In this document: positions 17,814 to 26,680 of the stretch, piece after piece
Layout: the number at the start of each line of letters is the position of its first letter
Numbering within the stretch: position 1 is the stretch's first letter
Source of the DNA: Alphaproteobacteria bacterium
GTDB taxonomy: Bacteria > Pseudomonadota > Alphaproteobacteria > UBA9219 > RGZA01
Length of the DNA stretch: 64,000 nucleotides
Direction of reading: 5' to 3'
Assembly (NCBI GenBank): GCA_041917755.1
Contig: JAYRWY010000016.1
Location: 112,866 to 176,865, forward strand
The notes under the pieces: model-generated
The model's database searches: none
The model's input: the letters and a program-made list of their open reading frames with translations, nothing else
What the model was told of the DNA's origin: nothing
Made by a program: the position numbers and the translations under genes

Positions 17814-20219
17814 ATGAGCAGCAGATTATTATCCCACCGCGTTATTCACGAACGCAGCAAATCGAGCCGCCAGCTTCTGCCGGATTCCGTGCGTGAGTTT
17901 CTAGTACGCCGCTTTGCCGAGGTCATTGGCATTGTGTTATTGGCGGTTGCTGCCGCCCTGTGGATTAGCTTGCTGACCTATAACAGTAATGATCCATCAC
18001 TAAATACAGCGGCCAATACCGGCGCGGATACCATCCATAACTGGCTGGGTCGCCCAGGGAGCTATACAGGTGATTTGTTACAACAAAGCTTCGGGCTTGG
18101 ATCATATTTGCTCGTTATTATCTTTGTTGCATGGGCATGGCGCGTAGCAACACTGCGCGGGCTTAGCCCGTTTTTGTTGCGCGTTGTAGCCGCCATTCTT
18201 ACGCTGAGCTTTTCTGCAGTAGCCTTGCAATCCCTTGTTATCGGGATGGGCAGCAATTTTTCACCCCTGAGCATTCCAATTGGCGGATTCATTGGCCAGT
18301 TTACGTTGGCCGTATCTGAACATTACGCGCTGCCTAAATTCATTATGCTCACCATTGCGGTGCTGCAAATTGTATTGATGCTCAGCACGCTATATTTATG
18401 CTGCGGGTTATCATTGGATGAATGGCATGTGGTGTTGCGGTTTATTCAACGCCTGATTATGCATGCAGGTGCATTTGTATGGTGGGCCGCACAAAGTGCC
18501 TATGCCCGAATTGCCCATCAGGATGTTGGCGAAGCTCCAAAACTGGATCTGCATGATGATGACGATGAAGATGAAAGTCTTCTGGATGTGGTAGAAGAAA
18601 AGCCAGCCAAGACCAGCAACAAGACCAAGATTAAGCCGCCTGCAGTTAAAAAGGCCAAAAAGCCGGTACAGACGCGTCTTGATTTCACGCGTGAGAAAGG
18701 CAGCGAGGCATTGCCCCCATTGCAACTATTGCAAATGCCAGATGGCGAGCGCAACACCACTGAGGAATTAAGTGAGGCAGACCTACAGAAGAATGCACGC
18801 ATGTTGGAAGGCGTGCTGGGTGATTTTGGCGTGGAAGGTAAGATTACCGAAGTTAGCCCCGGCCCTGTCGTTACCCTTTACGAACTAGAACCAGCACCTG
18901 GTATTAAATCATCGCGCGTGATTGGGCTAGCTGATGATATCGCACGTTCCATGAGTGCCTTATCTGTTCGTGTGGCAGTTGTACCGGGGCGCAATGTGAT
19001 TGGTATTGAATTACCCAACCGCAAGCGCGAGACGGTGTATCTTCGTGAACTGTTGATGTCGGAAGCCTATTCCGGCACGTCATGCAAGCTTCCGCTTGCC
19101 ATGGGCAAGGATATTGGCGGCAGCCCTGTGGTAGCTGACCTTGCACGTATGCCGCATTTATTGGTGGCCGGTACGACGGGTTCGGGTAAATCGGTTGCGA
19201 TTAATACCATGATTTTATCGCTGCTATATCGTTATAGCCCGCGTGAATGCCGCTTCATCATGGTTGACCCCAAGATGCTGGAATTATCAGTGTATGAAGG
19301 CATTCCGCATTTGCTCGCCCCAGTGGTGACCGAGCCAAAGAAAGCCGTCGTGGCGCTTAAATGGACCGTGCGTGAGATGGAAGAACGCTATCGCGCAATG
19401 TCTAAACTGGGCGTGCGTAATATTGATGGTTATAATATGCGGGTGAAGGAAGCGCGCGATCGCGGTGAAACCTTGATGCGCAAAGTACAAACCGGATTTG
19501 ACCCCGACACAGGCAAACCGATTTTTGAAGATCAGCCGTTGGATTTGAAAGACCTGCCATTCATTGTGGTGATTGTTGACGAAATGGCAGATTTGATGAT
19601 TGTGGCAGGGAAGGATATTGAAGCAACCATTCAACGTCTGGCACAGATGGCGCGCGCCGCAGGTATCCATTTGATTATGGCCACCCAGCGCCCATCGGTT
19701 GACGTGATTACCGGTACGATTAAAGCAAACTTCCCGTCCCGCGTGAGCTTTCAGGTAACCAGTAAAATTGACAGCCGCACCATTTTGGGCGAACAGGGCG
19801 CAGAACAGCTTTTGGGACAAGGCGATATGTTGTACATGGCTGGCGGTGGGCGCATCACGCGTGTGCATGGCCCATTTGTCAGCGATAAGGAAGTTGAAGA
19901 AGTAGTTACCTTCCTCAAAGAACAAGGCGGCGATCCTGAATACCTTGAGGAAATTACGGCGGAAACCGAAAGCGGTGATGGTGAAGGCGGCAGTAGCATG
20001 GTGGGTGGCAACACCTCATCCGGGGATGAGTTGTATGACAAGGCCGTCGACATTGTGTTGCGGGAACGCAAGGCAAGCACCAGCTTTATCCAGCGCCATC
20101 TGCAAATCGGTTATAACCGAGCCGCACGCTTGATGGAACAAATGGAAAAAGAAGGCGTGGTAGGCGCGCCAAACCACGTGGGTAAACGTGAAATCCTTGG
20201 CCGGAGCCTGGATGATTAA
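17814..20219 (+). CDS. ftsK: DNA translocase FtsK
   Basis: N-terminal TMs, AGTTGSGKS, VDPKMLELS, ATQRPSVDVITG, gamma domain LQIGYNRAAR. Confidence 0.98.
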   Translation: MSSRLLSHRVIHERSKSSRQLLPDSVREFLVRRFAEVIGIVLLAVAAALWISLLTYNSNDPSLNTAANTGADTIHNWLGRPGSYTGDLLQQSFGLGSYLLVIIFVAWAWRVATLRGLSPFLLRVVAAILTLSFSAVALQSLVIGMGSNFSPLSIPIGGFIGQFTLAVSEHYALPKFIMLTIAVLQIVLMLSTLYLCCGLSLDEWHVVLRFIQRLIMHAGAFVWWAAQSAYARIAHQDVGEAPKLDLHDDDDEDESLLDVVEEKPAKTSNKTKIKPPAVKKAKKPVQTRLDFTREKGSEALPPLQLLQMPDGERNTTEELSEADLQKNARMLEGVLGDFGVEGKITEVSPGPVVTLYELEPAPGIKSSRVIGLADDIARSMSALSVRVAVVPGRNVIGIELPNRKRETVYLRELLMSEAYSGTSCKLPLAMGKDIGGSPVVADLARMPHLLVAGTTGSGKSVAINTMILSLLYRYSPRECRFIMVDPKMLELSVYEGIPHLLAPVVTEPKKAVVALKWTVREMEERYRAMSKLGVRNIDGYNMRVKEARDRGETLMRKVQTGFDPDTGKPIFEDQPLDLKDLPFIVVIVDEMADLMIVAGKDIEATIQRLAQMARAAGIHLIMATQRPSVDVITGTIKANFPSRVSFQVTSKIDSRTILGEQGAEQLLGQGDMLYMAGGGRITRVHGPFVSDKEVEEVVTFLKEQGGDPEYLEEITAETESGDGEGGSSMVGGNTSSGDELYDKAVDIVLRERKASTSFIQRHLQIGYNRAARLMEQMEKEGVVGAPNHVGKREILGRSLDD

Positions 20220-20317
20220 TTAAAAGAATATGCCTGTTTTTATGGGTAAAACTCTGCTAATTCATATCTTCAGTATCAAGCCTGATTATTGCCACAAAAC
20301 CCAGCGATATTACCCCC

Positions 20318-21040
20318 ATGAAAATCATCCCTATTATCTCCATTTCGCTTCTTGCCCTTCTTGCTGCACCGCTTCATGCCGAAGACAACAGCGCAAAAGG
20401 CGGTGCATATAGCCCCGGCAATTCCTTGATGCAAAAATTGTCTAAATCGCATGCTGATGGAAAACAGGATGATGATGCAGTTGCAGAAATTAAAACCGGC
20501 GATAAAGCGGAAGTAGCGCGCATTCAAGATTATCTGAATGGCATTAAAACACTGCGCGCCGATTTCATGCAGACATTTTCCGATGGCACAACCATGAACG
20601 GCAAGGTTGCCATTGCACGCCCTGGTAAAATGCGTCTTGAATATGACCCGCCCAATGAAAATATGATGGTGGCCGATGGCGCATTCATGCATGTGTGGGA
20701 CGGCCAAGCCAAAACAGGATCTAGCATTCCGCTTGGTTCATCCCTTGCGGATATTATCTTGCGAGATGATTTGAAATTAGGCGGGGATATTGCCGTTACC
20801 GAACTTAAGAAATATCCAGCGGCGGTTCACCTTACCTTAGTGCAAACAGATAATCCTGCTGCCGGGTCTATCACCCTTGAATTTGAAGACAAGCCGCTTA
20901 AGCTCAAGAATTGGCGCATTGTAGATGGTCAGGGCATTGAAACGCGCGTTGCCATATATAACCAACGCACTGACGTATCCATCCCCTCCTCCACCTTCTT
21001 CTACCGTGACCCTAATATGCACGGTGGGCACATCAAGTAG
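20318..21040 (+). CDS. lolA: Outer-membrane lipoprotein carrier LolA family protein
   Basis: Signal peptide, ADFMQ, RPGKMRLEYD, VADG. The ftsK-lolA-xth synteny is conserved. Confidence 0.88.
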   Translation: MKIIPIISISLLALLAAPLHAEDNSAKGGAYSPGNSLMQKLSKSHADGKQDDDAVAEIKTGDKAEVARIQDYLNGIKTLRADFMQTFSDGTTMNGKVAIARPGKMRLEYDPPNENMMVADGAFMHVWDGQAKTGSSIPLGSSLADIILRDDLKLGGDIAVTELKKYPAAVHLTLVQTDNPAAGSITLEFEDKPLKLKNWRIVDGQGIETRVAIYNQRTDVSIPSSTFFYRDPNMHGGHIK

Positions 21041-21054
21041 ATACGGGGTGCTGG

Positions 21055-21846
21055 ATGCGTATAGCAACCTGGAACATTAATTCGGTTCGCCTTCGCCAAG
21101 ATATGGTGAAACGCTTTATGAGCGAGCATGCGCCGGATGTAGTGTGTCTGCAGGAAACCAAAACACCTGATGAATTATTCCCTACTGAACCCTTCAAAGA
21201 ACTGGGCTATGTGCATCAGCATATTCACGGGATGAAGGGATATAATGGGGTGGCCATTCTATCCCGCTTGCCACTGAGCAATTTAAAAATCGAACGCTGG
21301 GCAGGCAAAGATGATTGCCGCCACATTTATGCGACCCTGCCTGATAAGACCGAAGTGCATTGCTTATATGTGCCAGCTGGCGGGGATATTCCCGATGTGG
21401 AGCAAAACGAAAAGTTTGCCCATAAGTTGCAGTTACTGGATGAGCTCAGCGGATGGTGGAAAAAACAATCTGCCCATGGTTCCCGCAAGATATTGGTAGG
21501 CGATTTGAATATTGCGCCCTTGGAACATGATGTGTGGTCACATAAACAATTACTGGATGTTGTATCACACACCCCGATTGAGGTTGAAAAACTTGGCCAT
21601 TTGCAGGCCTCCAATGGATGGCATGATGCTGTCAGGCATTTTGTACCAGCCAGCCAAAAGCTGTACTCATGGTGGAGTTACCGTGCAGGTGATTGGGCCG
21701 CATCAAACCGTGGCCGCCGGCTTGATCATATCTGGGTTAGCAAGCCATTAGTGTCATCATTGAAAAGTACATCCATCTTGCGTGAAGCGCGCGGATGGGA
21801 ACCCAAGCCAAGTGACCATGTTCCAGTAATGGTTGATTTTACGTAA
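21055..21846 (+). CDS. xthA: Exodeoxyribonuclease III
   Basis: TWNINSVR, CLQETK, GDLN, RRLDHIW, SDHVPV. Confidence 0.96.
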   Translation: MRIATWNINSVRLRQDMVKRFMSEHAPDVVCLQETKTPDELFPTEPFKELGYVHQHIHGMKGYNGVAILSRLPLSNLKIERWAGKDDCRHIYATLPDKTEVHCLYVPAGGDIPDVEQNEKFAHKLQLLDELSGWWKKQSAHGSRKILVGDLNIAPLEHDVWSHKQLLDVVSHTPIEVEKLGHLQASNGWHDAVRHFVPASQKLYSWWSYRAGDWAASNRGRRLDHIWVSKPLVSSLKSTSILREARGWEPKPSDHVPVMVDFT

Positions 21847-21850
21847 TGCG

Positions 21851-22768
21851 TTAACCCTGCGCGGTTGGTGCTTGCCGCACAACCGGAGCCCTGTTGCCAG
21901 TTTGCGGGTCTGGTTGTACCTGTGCAATTGCAGTATCCGCGCGGTAGCCCGGTATTTGTTGTAAAGCGCGCGCAAGACCATTCTGCACTAAATGATTATG
22001 GTGACCCGTTTCTTCGTAAATTCTCACATTATGCTGCCTTGTGAGTTGACTAGTGGACAACATATTGCGGCTGGCGAAATACGTACTGAGCTGAGTATTG
22101 GTTTGTTCAGTTAATGGATATCTATTATTTTCGATATAATTGCTGACCACATAAGGGCGATGGGGCTGGTTTGCAAAGCGTTGAATGGTGTCACTGCCAC
22201 CATAGAGTGTGTCAAGCAACACGGCTCCTTGTATGCGCTGTCCAAGGGTTTGTTGGCCGTTTGCCTGTGTGATGCCTGATAATCCGGACATTTCGTTCTG
22301 GCGCATGGATTGTTCAAGAATTGCAAGGCTGGCACCATATCCACCACTATAGCTGACTACGGTAATTGGCATATTACGGAAGGTATTTAGCGTTTGCTGG
22401 CTTGGACGAGCTTGGTTGTGTTGTTGAGCATGCATGTTGGCAAGCTTCATGGCCGCTTCTTCAAAAAAACGATTGGCAAACCCAGGTTCTGCGAAACGAC
22501 CGGCATCTGAATTTTTTGCGTTATATGCAAGTTGAGGTGCAACCAGGACCGCATTTAAACCTGCGCGTTCCAATTGCTGGAGAACTTGTTGACGGCTGAC
22601 AATATCACGTTCCAGAATTGCCTTATGGCCATGCGCAAAAAACACCATGACTGCGGGGCGATTGATATCGAAATTTCTGGTAAATGAAAGTTCAGTTGCA
22701 TTGCGCGGCGAATTCGGATTTCGCTGCGGGTCTGGAAAAGGCGCAAAAATGAACGGCGTAATTGCCAT
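21851..22768 (-). CDS. Alpha/beta hydrolase-like protein without a signal peptide
   Basis: VFFAHGH, VLVAPQL, nucleophile elbow SYSGGY, LLDTLYG, candidate catalytic His in GHHNHL. Confidence 0.65.
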   Translation of the reverse strand: MAITPFIFAPFPDPQRNPNSPRNATELSFTRNFDINRPAVMVFFAHGHKAILERDIVSRQQVLQQLERAGLNAVLVAPQLAYNAKNSDAGRFAEPGFANRFFEEAAMKLANMHAQQHNQARPSQQTLNTFRNMPITVVSYSGGYGASLAILEQSMRQNEMSGLSGITQANGQQTLGQRIQGAVLLDTLYGGSDTIQRFANQPHRPYVVSNYIENNRYPLTEQTNTQLSTYFASRNMLSTSQLTRQHNVRIYEETGHHNHLVQNGLARALQQIPGYRADTAIAQVQPDPQTGNRAPVVRQAPTAQG

Positions 22769-22869
22769 AACTTCATCCCATCAATAGGGGATAAGTTTAG
22801 CCGTGAACCATTGATAGACGGCTAATAGGCGGGATACAATTTTATCTTTGTTTTTGAATGGGTTAAAGC

Positions 22870-24204
22870 CTATTCGATGCTAGGGAGAACCTTGGTCGGG
22901 GTTATGCCCTTTGGCTGGCCCACGAAAAATGTGACCATTTGGTCTTCTTGCAAGATGCGCTTTGCAACACGCTGGATGTCGTCTGCAGTGACGGCATTCA
23001 GCCCAACTTCGTTATCCCGCTGGTCATTCACACTTAGTTTCTGACGTTGCAATTCCAGATAATGCCCAGCCACATGTTTGGTGGAGGTCAGGCTGAGGCC
23101 ATAAGAGCCAATTAGATAATCTTTGGCTGCCTTGAGTTCGTCACTGCTGACTTTGGTATCACGCAATTTTGTAATTTCTTTTTTTACAAGCGATAATACC
23201 TCGGCTGCATTTTCATTTTTAAATGATGCCTGAATGGTATATGTCGCGGCACGATCAAACAAAGACATGCCCGATGAAATACCGTAGGTGAGGCCACGTT
23301 TTTCACGCACTTCGCTCATCAACCGGGATGAAAAGCTGCCACCGCCAAGAATATAATTCATGACTTCTGCTGCATACCAGTCTTTGTCACGGCGATAAAT
23401 GCCCGGCCATAGCAAAATCATGCTGCTTTGCGGCCCGTTGTAATTGACCGTAAACACCTGCTGTTTGCCTTTAATTTCAGCTTCTGGGGTTTGGTTTTGT
23501 ACGGCATTTTCCGGCAATGCACCAAAGGCATCATCGACGAGCTTACCGGCCTCTTCCTTGGTAATGTCGCCGGTGATACTGACCATCAGTTGCCCACGGT
23601 TGAGGCGCTTGTGCCAGTTTTTTAAGTCATCTTTGGTAATCGAGGTGATGGTTGCCTGTGTGCCCAAGGTACGTTTGGTATAAGGATGCCCGGCAAAGAC
23701 CTCACTCATCATCAGGCGCGAGAGCATCCATTCCGGATCGGATTGATATTGTTTTAGCGCGCTGATGTTTTCTGCCTTTAAGTGTTCAAGGCTATCTCCA
23801 TCAAAGCGCGGAGCATTTACACTGTCGCGCAACATGTCTTTGGCAATCGGTAATGTTTCCTTCAGGCTGCGGAACTGGCCATAGATGGTGTCACGTTGCG
23901 CCGTGAAATCGATGCGAATGGCATTGTCCTGCATCTTTTTCTGAAAACTGTTTTCATCATCTTGACCTGCACCCTTGGTCAGCATGTCTGCGGCAAGATG
24001 GCTTAGGCCTTGTTTGGCTTCATCATCCATCTCGACGCCGCCGCGCCATGCAAACGACATGGATACAATCGGCAAATGGTGATCTTCAACCAACCATGTA
24101 TCAACACCCTTGGGGGTTTTGAATATCTGCACTTCAGTTGCAATGGCTAGCCCAGGCAAGGTCGTCACAGCGACAAGCATGATAGCAGCAAGCTTATGTT
24201 TCAT
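22870..24204 (-). CDS. M16B peptidase, non-catalytic subunit
   Basis: WLVEDHHLPIV, HLAADM replacing HXXEH, GGGSFSSRLMSEVREKRGLTY. Confidence 0.92.
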   Translation of the reverse strand: MKHKLAAIMLVAVTTLPGLAIATEVQIFKTPKGVDTWLVEDHHLPIVSMSFAWRGGVEMDDEAKQGLSHLAADMLTKGAGQDDENSFQKKMQDNAIRIDFTAQRDTIYGQFRSLKETLPIAKDMLRDSVNAPRFDGDSLEHLKAENISALKQYQSDPEWMLSRLMMSEVFAGHPYTKRTLGTQATITSITKDDLKNWHKRLNRGQLMVSITGDITKEEAGKLVDDAFGALPENAVQNQTPEAEIKGKQQVFTVNYNGPQSSMILLWPGIYRRDKDWYAAEVMNYILGGGSFSSRLMSEVREKRGLTYGISSGMSLFDRAATYTIQASFKNENAAEVLSLVKKEITKLRDTKVSSDELKAAKDYLIGSYGLSLTSTKHVAGHYLELQRQKLSVNDQRDNEVGLNAVTADDIQRVAKRILQEDQMVTFFVGQPKGITPTKVLPSIE

Positions 24205-25574
24205 CGGATTGGCCCTCCCAGCTGAGGTGGGGCTGGTGGCGGTGCGCTTGTATCAACGCCGCTTTTTGGCTTTAAAACACCAACGACATAAGGCGTTTGC
24301 AGGATGGCCTTGAGTGCGGCCTGCACCTGTTCAGGCTTTACCGCGCCAATATTCTCTGGCCATTTTTCAATATCATCCAGTGTCTGACCTATCGCCAGAG
24401 TAAGGCCGATGGTTTGTGCAGGGCCCATGACGCTGTCACGCGCCAAGATGGCGCGGCGTTGCAAGCTACGTTTTGCGGCATTCATGTCATCATCGCTGGG
24501 AATACGTTTTACAAATTCAGCCAACGCGGCATCAAGTTCAGATAGCACATTATCATTTGAAATATTTGGTTTTGGCACAATAGAGATGCTGAATTGTCCA
24601 TCATCATACATATCGCCCTCATAACTTGCGCTGACGCTGCTGGCGAGATTTTTTTCTTTGACCAAGCGTTTGGGCAGGAATGACGCGTCTGAGCCATCTA
24701 ACAATTCTTCAAGCATTTGTATGGCAAGGGCATTGGCAGGGTTGAGGCGAGCCGACTGAATCTTATAGCTGCGCACAATGGTTGTTTCGCGTACATGTTC
24801 GTCTTCCAATTCAATGCGCGCATTACCTTTGAATGGCGGATCGGTGGCGCGCATGCGCGGCGGAATAGTTTTTGTAGGGAGTACACCGTAGGTCTTCTTA
24901 GCAAGTTCAAATACCTCGTCAGCTCTTACATCGCCGCTGACGACCACCACGGTGTTAGATGGCTCATACCATGTTTTATAAAAGCGTTTGGCGTCTTCTG
25001 CTGTAAATTTTTCAATTTCTTCTTTCCAGCCAATGACGGGCGTGCCGTATGGATGATGCGGGAATTGCATGGCAGCCATTTGTTGGATTAGTGGTGAGAA
25101 CGGTTCGTTCTCCACACGTTGTCGGCGTTCATCTAGTACGACCGCTAATTCAGGCTTTGCCAGCTCGGGCTTGATTTCAAGATTAACAAGGCGGTCTGCT
25201 TCCAGCTGCATGACCATTGGCAAATTCGCCTTGGATACTGTGGCAAAATAGGCCGTATAATCCCACGATGTGAAGGCGTTTTCAGATCCGCCGACAGCTG
25301 CTATGCGTTTACTGTATTCGCCATTGGGAACTTTTTTTGTGCCCTTGAACATCAAATGTTCAAGGTAATGTGCAATGCCTGATACGCCGTGACCTTCATC
25401 GGCTGCACCCGCTTTGATCCACATCATATGGGTAACAACCGGGGCCATATGGTTTTCAACCACCACGACCTGCAAGCCATTGGGCAGAGTTGTTGTTTTT
25501 GGATTAAAGACAGCCGCCTGAGCAGATGATGCCCCAAGCACGAAAGCCAGTACCACAAGCCAGTTTTGGCGCAT
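24201..25574 (-). CDS. M16B zinc peptidase, catalytic subunit
   Basis: TTLPNGL, GIAHYLEHLMFKGT, NAFTSWDYT, EADR. Confidence 0.95.
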   Translation of the reverse strand: MRQNWLVVLAFVLGASSAQAAVFNPKTTTLPNGLQVVVVENHMAPVVTHMMWIKAGAADEGHGVSGIAHYLEHLMFKGTKKVPNGEYSKRIAAVGGSENAFTSWDYTAYFATVSKANLPMVMQLEADRLVNLEIKPELAKPELAVVLDERRQRVENEPFSPLIQQMAAMQFPHHPYGTPVIGWKEEIEKFTAEDAKRFYKTWYEPSNTVVVVSGDVRADEVFELAKKTYGVLPTKTIPPRMRATDPPFKGNARIELEDEHVRETTIVRSYKIQSARLNPANALAIQMLEELLDGSDASFLPKRLVKEKNLASSVSASYEGDMYDDGQFSISIVPKPNISNDNVLSELDAALAEFVKRIPSDDDMNAAKRSLQRRAILARDSVMGPAQTIGLTLAIGQTLDDIEKWPENIGAVKPEQVQAALKAILQTPYVVGVLKPKSGVDTSAPPPAPPQLGGPIR

Positions 25575-26161
25575 TATTGAACAACCACTGAGTTATTTTT
25601 TTCAATTGCCGGGGTGCCGCCTGAGGTTACGGGCTGGCCATCGCGGCGAGCCTTATCAAGGCGGGCTTTTTCTTCAACTGCATCAACAACGGTGCCCTGT
25701 TCCTGCTTTTGCGGGTCTTTCCAGAACGTAATCGCTTCGAGCAGACGGCGGCTGCCTACAACTTGCTGGCCGGCCTCTTTATCGAGTTTTGAGCGAATGC
25801 GCGGATCGGCACGATCACTGGCTGTTTGGCCAATCAACGCTTTTTCAGCAGGGCTAAGCGCATCCATCTTAAGTGATGTAACACCTTGCTGCGGGACGGT
25901 TTCCATTTTGCCTTCGCCGTATAATGCTTTGGCTGCATTGGTGGCAGGATTTACAGAGTTGGTTGGCTGTGCGCCGGGACGCGGCGGGCGCAATTCAAAA
26001 TCAGGCGGCATTGAAAGTGGCGGACGATCAATCACGGCAAATTCATCGGGCGGGGTATTAACAAGGCCAACAGCTTCGCGCACTTCACCACAGCCCGTAA
26101 GGGCAACCAGTGTCGCGGTAACAATAAAAAGCTGCTTGGTGTGTGCGGTGATTGTTTTCAT
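25574..26161 (-). CDS. DUF3035-type lipoprotein
   Basis: Lipobox LTGC, PPDEFAVIDRPPLSMPPDFELRPPRPG. Confidence 0.85.
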   Translation of the reverse strand: MKTITAHTKQLFIVTATLVALTGCGEVREAVGLVNTPPDEFAVIDRPPLSMPPDFELRPPRPGAQPTNSVNPATNAAKALYGEGKMETVPQQGVTSLKMDALSPAEKALIGQTASDRADPRIRSKLDKEAGQQVVGSRRLLEAITFWKDPQKQEQGTVVDAVEEKARLDKARRDGQPVTSGGTPAIEKNNSVVVQ

Positions 26162-26166
26162 AGCGT

Positions 26167-26679
26167 CTATTTTTGAAGTGTCTTTTTGTCAAAAGCAAGG
26201 CTGTCGATAAATAGCAAGCCAACCCCGCCCACAATGGCACTATCGGCAATATTGAAGGAAGGCCAATGATAGGCGGCAGCGTTAAATGTGACATAAAAAT
26301 CAAGGAAATCGATAACCGCCCCGTGCAGCACACGGTCGATGGCGTTGCCAATTGCCCCGCCAACAACAAGGCCAATGGCAATCGAAATCAATCGGCTACG
26401 GGTGCGGAACAACCAGACCAATAGCGCGATGGTAATGGAAATGGAGATTGCCAAAAATATGATGGGTTGCGCATCAACCGGAGCCTTGTTGAACAAGCCA
26501 AAGCTGATGCCGTGATTATAGACCAACACCAGATTGAAAAAAGATGTAACGACCTGCGACATGCCTTCGGTTGGAAACATGCCAAGGATGATGGTTTTAC
26601 TAATCTGGTCAATCACCGCAACAAACACCGCAAGGCAAAGCGCAATGATTTTAATGTGGGATAGATTTGCGACTTGCAT
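26167..26679 (-). CDS. lspA: Lipoprotein signal peptidase II
   Basis: DQISK, YNHGISFG, GGAIGNAIDR, GAVIDF, FNIADSAI. Start placed just after the ileS stop. Confidence 0.97.
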   Translation of the reverse strand: MQVANLSHIKIIALCLAVFVAVIDQISKTIILGMFPTEGMSQVVTSFFNLVLVYNHGISFGLFNKAPVDAQPIIFLAISISITIALLVWLFRTRSRLISIAIGLVVGGAIGNAIDRVLHGAVIDFLDFYVTFNAAAYHWPSFNIADSAIVGGVGLLFIDSLAFDKKTLQK

Positions 26680-26680
26680 G

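Noticed and set aside
22798-22826. Hairpin TTAGCCGT-N13-ACGGCTAA between the M16 gene and the hydrolase
   Set aside because: It has a large loop and no adjacent U-tract. It may be a weak terminator or operator, but neither is supportable.
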